Shown in pieces: positions 52,300 to 64,000 of a stretch of 64,000 bases of DNA. The DNA lies in the NCBI GenBank assembly GCA_951406725.2, contig OX597831.1, forward strand, positions 58,714,001-58,778,000, read 5' to 3'. Positions within the stretch are counted from its first letter, which is position 1, and each line of letters starts with the position of its first letter. The DNA comes from Octopus vulgaris. Lineage: Eukaryota. The position numbers and the translations under genes were made by a program. Below the pieces are notes generated by a model. It ran no database searches and was not told the DNA's origin. It saw nothing but the letters and a program-made list of their open reading frames with translations.

Positions 52300-53700
52300 C
52301 AGTGGGGGAAAATAAATATTCGTACATGTCAAAATTCTTTATTTATCTAATTTCTAATGAACATAATGGGGATATATCAATACTATGTTTGCATACACAT
52401 GCATAAAATAAGAATATGCAAAAGAAACTAATAAATTATAGTTACTAAGGAATTTATATACAACTAGCAGTATCGCCCGGCGTTGCTCAGGTTTGTAAGG
52501 GAAATAACTATAAAGCATTTTTAGAGAGTTATAGCCAAAAAATAGAAAAAAAATGATGGTAAATTTTTTTGAGAGTTAAAACAGGTGGAGTTGCGTCCCC
52601 TAGACGGTCTGTGGTTTGGGTTTCTCATTCTCGACCCCATGTCGAATTTATCGATTTTTTTCAGAACTGGGGGAACTTTTCAAAATTTTCGCTGCGTTAG
52701 TTTTGAATTATGACATTGGGCTATGTGTGTGTCAAGTTTCATCAGAATCGGTTGAAAGCCGTGGTCAGAGTGAGGGTACGAGAAAACAGAAACACGCACA
52801 GACAAACTGCCGTTTATATAGAGAGAGATAGCAGTATCGCCCGGCGTTGCTCAGGTTTGTAAGGGAAATAACTATAAAGCATTTTTAGAGAGTTATAGCC
52901 AAAAAATAGCAAAAAATGGAAAAAAAATGATGGTAAATTTTTTTGAGAGTTAAAACAGGTGGAGTTGCGTCCCCTAGACGGTCTGTGGTTTGGGTTTCTC
53001 ATTCTCGACCCCATGTCGAATTTATCGATTTTTTTTCAGAACTGGGGGAACTTTTCAAAATTTTCGCTGCGTTAGTTTTGAATTATGACATTGGGCTATG
53101 TGTGTGTCAAGTTTCATCAGAATCGGTTGAAAGCCGTGGTCAGAGTGAGGGTACGAGAAAACAGACACACAGAAACATGCACAGACAAACTGCCGTTTAT
53201 ATAGAGAGAGATTATAAATATTTAGGGGTGAAAAAAGTATTCGTACAGAACATAAACAACTGGTAATTCTGACTTAATACTTCATAGCATAACCATTATT
53301 CAGTTCCACTTCAACCAATCTCTTCTTGTAGTTCTTAATCAATGACTCACATGTTTCTTTAGGAATTTTTTCCCATTCTTCTTGACAAATTTTCTTCAAA
53401 TCTGGAATGCACGTTGTGGCTCTTGAATGAATTTTAATTTTCAAATTACGCCAGAAATTTTCGACGTGGTTCAAGTCAGGTGACTGGCTTGGCCAATCTA
53501 ATAATTTTATATTGTGATCGACAATCCATTTTTGGTAGACGTCGCCGTGTGCTTAGGTTCGTTATCCTGTTGCAAAACCCACCTTCACAAAGCTGGAGCT
53601 TTTCTATAGAGTTCCGTAAATTATTGTGCAAAATATTTTGGTACATCTCTGCATTCATTCTACCATTTGCCGAGAAACACCCCAACACCATAATGTTCCA
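52300..53700 (-). mobile_element. Tc1 (DD34E-type) transposon remnant, 3' part, with IR-DR-like end
   Basis: TA|CAGTGGGG terminus; TATTCGTACA repeated at ~52317 and ~53238; GCFSANG, QQDNEPKH, PDLNHVENFW, EEWEKIP, GYAMKY*. Confidence 0.85.
52464..53211 (-). mobile_element. Non-autonomous Helitron, tandem dimer (52464-52828 and 52829-53211)
   Basis: Minus strand: A|TC start, subterminal hairpin CCTGAGCAACGCCGGG, CTAG|T end; the two units are almost identical. Confidence 0.82.
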
Positions 53701-53729
53701 CTTTATATATATATCTATACTACATCACT

Positions 53730-54450
53730 AAACGTAAACATGAAATACGAAGAAAATCTTAAGTATGCGAATAACGAGAGAAAGAAATGGAAAAACAAGA
53801 CACGTAACGTAAAGAGCAACTCTTCATCAGTTGTCGGCTGTCTATCTACTCCTCATTTCGAGCAATTAACGACAAAATGAGGCTTCGACAGGCAGTTGCT
53901 CCCGCGAATCAAAATTAAATTTGGGATTTGCGGAGCGTAAAATTTGGTAGCAAAAACAGGACAGTGGAGACATGCAACAAACCAAAGGAAAACAAACATG
54001 GCGTGGGGGGGGGGGGCGTTAGGCCAGACGAGTTAAGATAGCGAACGCTGGAGGAATGTTGTCTTTGACAAGAGAAAAGATACAAGAGGAGGCAGATAAG
54101 AATGCGTCTGGTCTGTAAGTCAGAGTGAAAGAAAAGAAAGACGATCACGTGAAGAAAAGAAAGATGGACGATGGTCATATGTGAGCAATAAGAGAGATAG
54201 TAAAAGAGAATGAAGGAGAGAGAGACAGCCAGATAGGAAACGGTGAAGGGGAGAAAAAAGAATTAGAGAAAGGAAGAGAGAGGAAACGAAGGGGTGAGAG
54301 AAGAAAACGGTACAGTCGTATGAGGAGTAGATGGACAGCTGACAACTGATGAAGGGTTGTTCTTTATGTTACTTGTCTTATTTTCCATTTGGTTCTCTCA
54401 TTGTTCGTATAACAAATTTTTGTCTTCGTATTTCATGTTTACGTTTTGTG
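53730..54450. mobile_element. Fold-back element, probably PLE-derived, with GA-rich core
   Basis: 53730-53856 is inverted at 54320-54446; flanked by TA-rich repeats. Confidence 0.7.
53819..53882 (-). ncRNA. Non-circularly permuted hammerhead ribozyme candidate 2
   Basis: Minus strand: CCUCA-UU-UUGUCG uuaauu GCUC-GAAA-UGAGG aguagauagacagc CGACAA-CUGAUGA-A-GAGU. Stems III (5 bp), I (6 bp) and II (4 bp) pair. Confidence 0.78.
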
Positions 54451-54569
54451 ATGTCCTGTACCCATATATGCATTTATATACATATTTATGTATGTACATA
54501 TGTCTATGTGTATATGCACATATATATATAATTTTTATTATATTATGTATATATATATATACATATATA

Positions 54570-54927
54570 TAACGGGCTTCTTTCAGTTTCCGTCCCCCAC
54601 ATCCAGTCACGAGGCTTTGATAGGCTCGAGGCTGTAGTAGAAGATTATTGACCAGGGCGCCACGCAATGGGCTGAACCTGGAATTATCTGGTTGGAAAGG
54701 AAGCTTCTTACGCCACAGTCACGTGTGGCCTATAAAATATTTTGTGTACTGTTGGAATGACAATGGTACGCCGTCGGTTACAACGACGAGGGTTCCAGTT
54801 GATCCGATCAATGGAACAGCCTGCTAGTGAAATTAACGTGCAAGTGGATGAGCACTCCACGTACATGCGTACTCTTTGAATTACGAGTACAACTCATTTG
54901 CCAGCTGAGTGAACTGGAGCAACGTGA
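54570..54927 (-). mobile_element. Adjacent SINE fragments: family A head (54570-54725) and family D tail (54766-54927)
   Basis: Homology to the full-length copies. Confidence 0.8.
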
Positions 54928-55214
54928 GAGTATCTCGTTCTATATTTACATATATATACTTTCATGAATTTGCTTTGCAAGATTCCTGATTTGAAACCGT
55001 TCGTTGAGACAAGTATTTTTATATTTTAATGAACGTCATTTTTATTCTTTTTTCTTGCGAAATTAACACACGCACTATATATTCGTTCTTCACTCGTTTA
55101 TTCCTGTTCTTATTTTATCTCATCTCAATTATCTGGAAATCTTTTGACACACATCTGAGACCTCTTCAGCGACGCTTCCATCCACCTGTATCTTCCTGTT
55201 CTGTTTAGTCCATA

Positions 55215-55715
55215 TACATGAGTGATGGCTCGTAGACTGACTAACATACTTTCACGGAATGTGAGCAACAGAGGTTTATTTTTCAACTTGGTTCTCCTTA
55301 TGATCCACACATTTCTTCCATCAGTGTTGCAGTGCTTGCATCCCATTGATGAGGGAGCTTTAAAACTGTTGGTCAAACTAAGTCATGAACAGTAGACATG
55401 ATGTCATTATCACCGCGATACTGGTTCCCAGCGAAATGTGTTATTATTCTGGGCAACATATGATAGTCAAATGGGGCTGAAATGGGAGAATAGGTAGGTT
55501 ACCTTTATACATTATCTTTATACACCAACAATGGGCAGTATTATACGAATTTGCTGAGGCAGTTACGAAAGACTTCTATCATCAATCACCCAAGAAAACT
55601 GACGAAAAGGTCTTGTTTCCTGAGGACAATGCTCCAGCACCCTAGTCCTTGGTTTCAGTGGATGCTATACGTGAATATGGCTTTGAAATTCTTGATCATC
55701 CTCCCTATTCTCTCT
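55215..55715. mobile_element. Rearranged mariner remnant
   Basis: Minus ~55270-55350 MQALQH*WKKCVDHKENQVEK* (mariner C-terminus); plus ~55530-55712 GQYYTNLLRQLR, FPEDNAPAP, FEILDHPPYS. Confidence 0.7.
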
Positions 55716-56472
55716 CTATCACATCGATATTACCTGTAATGATGCACGTTGTACTACACGTCAAATGTTGAAGTGATCGCTGAGCAACGTTAACTGAAAT
55801 GTCTTTTCTAAAGAATACAACGCAGCTACCCGTCCAGGAATCAATGTTACTATTTCCCGATCGTGAGTGTAACACTAACAACTAGGCCATGCGCTCATGG
55901 ATAATATAGGCTTTTTGCTTTTTGAGCCAAAAAATTAACTAACTAACAAACTAACTACCTATAATAAACAAAAAAAAAAACAAACAAAAAAAACAAAGCG
56001 ATGATAACTATTGAACCACTGTTGGTGTCTTTGTAAATCTAGATTATTTCGGGCGTTTAGACGAAAAGAAACATTAAACATTGTATAAGCGGTGGAATTT
56101 AAATTGAATAGTTAGATGACAATAGTTAATATCCATATAAACAAATGTGTAACTTATGGAAGAGATCAATAATGAATCGAAGACGAACGGAGGGAAAAGA
56201 CTGATAGGGACTTAAATCGGTACATTTCTATTTTCCTGAAGATTTAGAAGTTCTTATGTAAAGCAAAATTAAATATCAAAACAACATGGTGAGTTTCCTT
56301 ACACTAGAACTGCTCATCTTCACGTCTGACTATTTTAAATACTCTAAGAACAAATGAGAGCAAAGTACACGAAAATGGAAGTTTGTCAAGATCATCGATT
56401 CTCCTAACAAACACTAGGTGGAGATTCCTCATCGGTGAATAACAAGCAGGTTACCGTCGTTTGCTTTTCTGC

Positions 56473-56509
<37 letters not shown>

Positions 56510-56511
<2 letters not shown>

Positions 56512-56840
56512 TCTATATTTAGGAATGGTAATTTTGCCAGTTTAGTCAATAAAAATACACGCACTATATATTTGGTGTTAATTTGCTTCAGCGTTATTTC
56601 TGTTTTACATTAATCTTAATGATATTTCGGCCAGGGTTCTTTCGTCACACTTCTGTGACTTCATCAGTGGTCCTTTGCTTTCTTCTTTCTTATTTGTGTG
56701 TCTCTCCTTACTAACGGTCAGCCATTTTGACCATTACCACCAAATATATAGTGCGTGTGTTTTTATTGGCTAAATTCGCAAAATGACAATTCCTAAATAC
56801 AACAGTTGATTTCACATCACGAATCTTGCAAAACAAATAT
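56510..56840. mobile_element. Fold-back element with decayed minimal HHR (56631-56670, minus strand)
   Basis: 56516-56577 is inverted at 56738-56799; CCA-CUGAUGA-A-GUCAC(AGAAGU)GUGAC-GAAA-GAAC-CC-UGG lacks the U of NUH; related decayed copy at ~55133-55172. Confidence 0.65.
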
Positions 56841-56865
56841 GTATATATATATATATATATATATA

Positions 56866-57360
56866 GTCAGATCTCGACTACTGGGGTAGACTAGAGAAGC
56901 TGAAAATGTATTCACTCCAACGACGCTGTGAACGCTACGTTATCTGTATGATGTGGAAAATGTTCCATCAGCACTGTCCGAATTTTGCTGGCATCACCTT
57001 CAAAATACATCCAAGGCTTGGACCACTTGCCATCGGTCCACAACACAAATCTAAATCACATCTCATAACAACAATACGGCACAATTACTTCACCTCAATT
57101 GGACCCGCTCTCTTCAATATTACACCAGAACACGTCAAAACAGAAACTGACCACACAACCTCAAGAAGTCTTTGGACAAATTCCTTCAAACAGTCCCGGA
57201 CAAATCACCCACACCCGGATATGTCTCCGCAAACAATAACTCTCTGCTCGAATGGGCCTTGGTGCCCAAATCCTGAATTGAAAGACTTCGCCAAGTGGTG
57301 CTATTGTTAGACATGGCCTGAGCCAATACTGGCCAAAACCTTTCTAAGTTATTCTAAGTT
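56866..57360 (+). pseudogene. 3' fragment of a CR1-group LINE (post-RT C-terminus and 3' tail)
   Basis: DYWGRLEKLKMYSLQRRCERY...WK, FTSIGPALFN, KKSLDKFLQTVPD...PGY; tail TTCTAAGTTA x2. Confidence 0.75.
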
Positions 57361-57398
57361 ATATATATATGAATGTATATATGCATCTATCTATCTCT

Positions 57399-57471
<73 letters not shown>

Positions 57472-57515
57472 AATCTCTCTTCTCCCTCAGTCTATCTGTT
57501 TCTCTCTCTCTCTCT

Positions 57516-57558
<43 letters not shown>

Positions 57559-57914
57559 AATATATAATACACAGGTATGTTTTGCTTAATTAAAAAACAA
57601 TCAATATGTCTGAAGATATTGTATTCCATAAACTCGCTAACATATAAATATGTATGCACTTGCCCATAAGCTTTTCTAACACCTTTTCTAATATGCTGTT
57701 GCATATATGTATACACGGTAGAATGATGGGAATATTAACATCACGTTCAGCTGTCGTAGGATTTTCTAGACACCAATTTTTTTGTTTCATACATATGCAT
57801 GAATACGTTCGTCATCAGGTATCTCTACATAACTATGCCGACAGCAATATGACACCAGCTCGAGCAATGCCATCCATATACTTTTCTATGGCCGTATTTT
57901 TCCTCAGGAGAAAA

Positions 57915-58125
57915 TCATCATCATCATCATCATTACTATTGCTATAACTATTATTATTACTATTACTATTACTATTATTATTACTATTACTATTGTTATT
58001 ACTATTATTATTAATATTATTACTATTACTATTATTATTACTATTACTATTATTATTACTATTATTATTAATATTATTATTATTACTATTATTATTATTA
58101 TTATTACTATTATTATTATTATTAC

Positions 58126-58167
<42 letters not shown>

Positions 58168-58300
58168 TATTATTACTATTATTATTATTATTATTATTAC
58201 TATTATTATTACTATTATTATTATTACTATTATTATTATTACTATTATTATTATTACTATTATTATTATTATCATTATTATTATTATTATTAACATTATT
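57915..58300. repeat. (ATT)n/(ACT)n microsatellite
   Basis: Direct reading; explains the poly-L/I ORFs. Confidence 0.97.
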
Positions 58301-59002
58301 ACGCTGTTGAACATATTATCTTCCTATTCGTAGGGTCAGCTAACTTGTTAGCAATAAATGCGATTTAACTCTGACATTCTTATGCATCGTAACGGAAACA
58401 CTATTGTTGTGTTGTCATTCTGTTTTTGGCGTAATCTGAATAGGAATTTTCAAGAGATGTATGTCAATGCTGTCTAGGAAAAGGAAAGCATATTTCTACA
58501 TTGCATTTTAATATGAAATTATTAAATAGGAGCCTCTAGTTATGCTGTTGGAGAGCAAAATATTCTCTGCAATTTTAACTTGTCTCAAACAAGTTTTTTC
58601 TTTCTTCTTGAATTTCCATTGTAAATGTATTCCTAGAACCGGGTATTCTTGAATGTTGCTGCTGCTATTGTGCACGAACCTTCAGATACACACACACATA
58701 CGCACAGATGCATATACGTCTTATTTCTTTTCATCATTTTTACCTTGCCCCATAACCATTAAGAAAAGAATTTTCAATAGTGCTGATGATTTGTTTTTCC
58801 GCTGAGAAAAAAGAAGGATGTCAGTTTATTAAATATAAATTGCACACTCACTACAGTATATATTTGAGCCAGTACTTACTACACAGGCTCCTTGTTACAG
58901 CCCTCTTAGGAAATATATTAGTATCAACATAGCATTAAACCGGATACAAATATATTTTCTAAAACGTAATACATACATATGCATACATATATACATATAT
59001 AA

Positions 59003-59106
<104 letters not shown>

Positions 59107-59288
59107 GTATAGGGAAAAGAAAAAATTCTCATGCCAAAATATGCCGAAAATAGACACAACGTCAATAACCATGTAATTTATCACTACAAGCACGCATTTC
59201 GAAGAAAGCCGACAGAAATTTCTAAAAAATCCCGTTATTACCATATCGGACTCAATTTCAGAGTTAGTTCATGAGAACCTTCCCTTCG

Positions 59289-59319
<31 letters not shown>

Positions 59320-61353
59320 GTATATTCTACAAATTGTTTCGGAGTCTAGTTATTTCCAAAGACAAAAATGAAAAACGCTTCTTGAAATAAAAATTAGATT
59401 ATCTGTTAGGAATTACATATTGATTGTCATTGAAAATAATTAGAATTTATACTTGATCTATATCAACTTGGATTATGAATTAGAGATCATCTACGACTAC
59501 TTTTTTTTCATTCCCTTATACTTCATTTATTGTTTTTGCAAATACTGAATATACATTTCTTTTTATTTACATTCTTCGCTTGGACTTTACGGGCGGATTG
59601 GGATGGCTTTAGCGAGGTCCACATCCTAGTTTGGCGTACTACTGTTAAGCTATATTATTTCTTTTTTACGTTTGAACGTAGGCAGTGATATATGGTAGTT
59701 GATTTCATGTATCTTCTTTAGGCGAAAGGATTTATAAACGCAAGACAGGGTGCTACCAAAACGTTCGTCGAAAAGTCTTCTAAGTAAGTTATCAACAATA
59801 TCAGTCGGCAGTTAACGTGTAGGATTATATAAAGTATATGGACGATGAAGAGTTAACCGCTTTAAGTGGTAGAGAGGCTTAACATGGCCATTAGTTGTGC
59901 GGGATTCTTCAGCAGAGGTGAAACAGTTCCTGAGTGAGTGAGAACCTTAGGTTCCCATTCGATTGAGTTGCATATATTCTACTAGCAATCGCTTACGTCG
60001 GTCTCGTCGGTGTGGGAAATTCCGAAAAGAGAAGAATTATACGTTCACCATTCAATAACTTTTGGAATAAAAGTATATAGAATATTGTTAATCTGATTAG
60101 CTTTGAACAACGGAATTCCAGATAGGTTGTGCCGTGCACAATATAATTGTCCAAATGCATTGTTTGGGTGGTCTTTGGATTAACAAATCACAAAATATCA
60201 ATTGCAGAAAACCAATAATTGAACTATTCCCGTTCTGAGGATTTCTAAACCTTAACACCACTGGTATATTAAATACAAACATACTTGGATTCTTGGGATG
60301 TTCTAGCTTATAAAGATAAGTCCTCTATATTATCGATAATTTAACTATCATTCAGGTAATCTAAGAAATCAGATATTTATGTTATGAGACTAAAATTCCG
60401 TGATTAATAAGAAGAGATTTATTCCGTTGACATGAAGCGGAACTTTTATATTTCTCCAAGAGATTATTCTTAAATGTGACCACCAAAATTAATTGCGAAA
60501 TTGACGAGATCCTGTTCGCTCCTGTCGTGGTCTAGGAGGTTATTAGATTTATGCCAGTAATCTGTGATTCAAATTAGTAACTAACTACGGGCTTTCAACA
60601 TGGAGATAAAAGTGATTGAGGACCCATAAAATTAGCGAATATTCCACATTAATATAACATGAAGAGTGCTAGTTACCAAGGGTCACCCACCTCCTTGATA
60701 TATTCCATACTTACCAATGCATGCATCATGTCGATAATTGTGTATACGGAAAGACACTCACATGTGCATTCATTTGTGTGTGTATATACATAAAACAGTA
60801 TTTGTGAGTGTGCCTTTCATTGTCTGTGTGAGCGTGTTTCTGTTTGGTTCATATATATGTGTTTGTGTATGTATCTGTGTATATGTGTGTGTGTGTGTGT
60901 GTACATGCGCGTGTATGTATATGTGTATGAAGCGTATGTACATACGTATCCATACAGCTTTCGACAGGTTTGAAGTTATACGCATATATTTGTGTATGAT
61001 ATCGCAATGTAGATGTATGAAATCACGTGCATCGTTATGTCTATTGAGGATGAAATTGATTTGACGCGTTATGAAGATATTAGCTTCCGAATCTAGGCAG
61101 CATCTTCAATATTAGGCAATATGTAGTGCCATGAGTTATATTAGCACCACTAGCTTTATGACAGCAAAGGAAATGAAAATTGTTCGATAAACAGGACTGA
61201 AATATTTTAAAGTGGCCCTGATGCTTATAGCTGATTTTTACACTTCTTACCGAAGGATGTGAGTATGTATCATACGAATTTCGCAAGATATATGTCTTTA
61301 AACACACATTCGCTTCATATACACACATACATATACATGTATGTGCGTGCATA

Positions 61354-61389
<36 letters not shown>

Positions 61390-61433
61390 TATGTATGCAT
61401 GTATGTATGTATGTATGTATGTATATATGTATG

Positions 61434-61496
<63 letters not shown>

Positions 61497-61753
61497 ATAT
61501 ATATACACAAGCACAAAGGCTCAGTAGCGTATGAAAAGGCGTATACATATACACAGATAAGTAAATAGCATTATGCATATTTATGAATTTCTCTCTCTCC
61601 ACAGATACACACACAAACACATTTTCACACACACATATATACACATACATGAGTGTATGTGTGTGTGTGTGTGTGTTTGCGTGTATGTGCATAATAATAT
61701 ATATTCACATAAATATATACGCAATCACTCATGCAAATGCCCACACATACACG

Positions 61754-61789
<36 letters not shown>

Positions 61790-62050
61790 TACATACATGC
61801 ATATATATGTGTGTGTGTGTGCCAAGCAATGCCTTCCTATTAATTAGGCTGAAGCAACTTATCACGGTATTTATCTTGTGAAGTCATTGGATAACTAGAT
61901 ATAATTACCATTAGCTGTTAAATGATCATCTAGTCATTGATTATGGAAATATATATGAAAATAATTTACTAGTCTAGTGGCTGACAGGAAATGTATGTAT
62001 TTGGCTGAATACGTGATTTGAATCATTAGTTATGTATAACCTTTTAGAAT

Positions 62051-62102
<52 letters not shown>

Positions 62103-62703
62103 AATGTGTGTGCCTCTCTGAGTGTGTGTGTGTGTATGAGCGTATGTATGTATTATTAGGTATGTTAGATGTATTGAGTTTTTACCATGATCTTCAGAAA
62201 CGACGACACTGTTAATATCAATGTAGTTAACGTTCCGCTTTATCTACTGCCAGTAGCCGACTGTTATAGAGATACAGACCATGATTTAAGTACTTATAGG
62301 GAAGCGACATACTTACAAGAAAGGACCTACCGGTTAGTGTCTTTACTGGGGCGTTTCAAGTGAATGGCTAGATGTATGGGTGATGGGTGAAAAGAGGCAG
62401 AGGGACATAAGAGTCGAATGTTCCTGTTTGAAGATGCTACAAGAATAATGAATTCCATCCGGTAATGGGTAATGTTGTAGTAGCAGAACAGGAGTTGGAA
62501 ACTGCAGTTTTTGTGTGTGAAACTGTATGAATAAATAACCGTGTAGCCTTTCATTAGACTTAATCGAAAGCACTGAGTGTGTTGTAGTGTTTCCGTCCCA
62601 GATGTGGGGCGCAGTTTAAAACTGTTGGTGTAATATGAGATCTCCTTTGGATCAGAAAACTGTGAAGATGTATTTCCGGTTTTAAAGAGAAACACTATCA
62701 CTT

Positions 62704-62877
62704 CATTTTCTTTTTGTGCCTTATTATTTACTTTTTTTCTTATTTTTATTGTCCTAAAATTTTCGTTTGAAAAGGTTGCAAGACGCAACGAAAATTTTAG
62801 GACAATAGAAATAAGAAAAAAAGTGGAAATTTTACCGGTGAGTGTGTTAAATAGTAAGGCACAAAAAGAAAATGACT
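62704..62877. repeat. Inverted repeat at the end of a probable PLE-derived remnant (~62330-62960)
   Basis: TCATTTTCTTTTTGTGCCTTA...TTGTCCTAAAATTTTCGTT is inverted at 62787-62877; GAATCTTGCAAA tail motif is shared with 56821 and (reversed) ~54975. Confidence 0.65.
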
Positions 62878-64000
62878 CTCCCCAGACACAACAGAATATG
62901 CTTCAACACACGAACTCATATAAAGAATCTTGCAAACCAAATCCAAAAACAAAATACTACCATTTCCGTTGCACACTTAGTATGTTAAACATATGACTTC
63001 TCCAGAGCGTTGAATAGCATTTGGAGCATTTACAAAAGCGTTTGCGTGTTGCCTGTGTTTATTGTGTGCGCTGATGCTTTATGTGACCTGAGCAGTGATT
63101 ATTTCCTTGTTTAATGATGCAGTGATTGATTCATTATTATGGAATGCTTTATCGGGGATTTTTGCATGAGACTTGAGGCGAGTCGGTGTGAGATGATGTC
63201 TAGTTTGCATCTTGACAATGCTTAGGAGAAAGTCAGACAGGTATGAACTATGGTCTCCTTTTAATTAGCGTGGTGGATCTTCAAGCCGCTGCTATCATGC
63301 TGGCCATTCATTTATAAAAGAAAGAGCTTGGAGGTAATATTATAACTAAGAAAGACCATAATTGATAAACTGTATGTAAATTTGCTATATGATATACATT
63401 TCGATTCATGATCATTCACTTACCTAATATCAATCAAAATTTATGTGACATGATTCCATCTTTATAGTTGATAATACTTGTGAACTATGCAATGCTCTCA
63501 TTGTCTAGCGCTGCCCACAAATCGTAAGGCTAGGCTGCAGCGAACTAGGATCTTTGACCTTGAAATTAGTCACATTTAGTGACAAAACCAAACCACGAAC
63601 AATTTGTTGTCCGTCTGACTCCTTTTCTGTTCCGTCTTTTACTATCCCCGGTATGATAACGACCATTGGCAATGACTTTCAAGCAGATTTATGTCTGTTT
63701 CTGCTATTATGGCACGGATATCAAATAATTTTGATTCAGAGACGATGTAGAGAAGCCATTGTAACGTGACATCAGAGGATTTATTTTATGGCCAGGAGAC
63801 TTAGAGGAAACGTCTATTCGTTTGATACCAACACTATTACCGTGTCAGCATCACATGTTGATACCGTGAGTAAAATCGTCATCGAATTTATTTCCGGAAA
63901 AGCAAGTTGAATTTGAATCAACTAAGTCAAGATTTCTCAAGCAGTAAATTTTATGTCGCATGTCTGAAGTAGATTTTATATTCGTATACTATATTTTGTT

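Noticed and set aside
62545-62625. Possible third CBA hammerhead (minus strand GAAA...CUAAUGA)
   Set aside because: Core is mutated and no convincing stem pairing or C strand was found.

Overview
AT-rich, repeat-saturated eukaryotic non-coding DNA. The SINE repertoire, abundant (TA)n/(GATA)n/(TAA)n microsatellites and TTAGGG arrays suggest an octopod cephalopod genome (inference). No host protein-coding gene can be established; almost all listed ORFs are microsatellite or SINE read-through. Recognisable content: (1) a near-intact R4/Dong-type non-LTR retrotransposon (RT plus restriction-like endonuclease, ~20890-25490) inserted in a (TAA)n array and split by one frameshift in a G run; (2) a decayed Mag/Gypsy LTR-gag remnant with an ORF1-only LINE-like insert nested in its LTR; (3) Tc1, mariner and maT-like remnants, a tandem Helitron dimer and a TTAGGG-containing TIR element; (4) about 25 copies of four tRNA-derived SINE families; (5) many short fold-back elements, probably Penelope-like (PLE) derived, sitting in (TA)n and carrying hammerhead ribozyme (HHR) motifs. 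The most interesting signal is two sequence-unrelated minus-strand motifs (3902-3964, 53819-53882) with all HHR core nucleotides and three pairing stems, but with the strands in a non-circularly permuted, pseudoknotted order. All structures were paired by eye; nothing was computed or searched.
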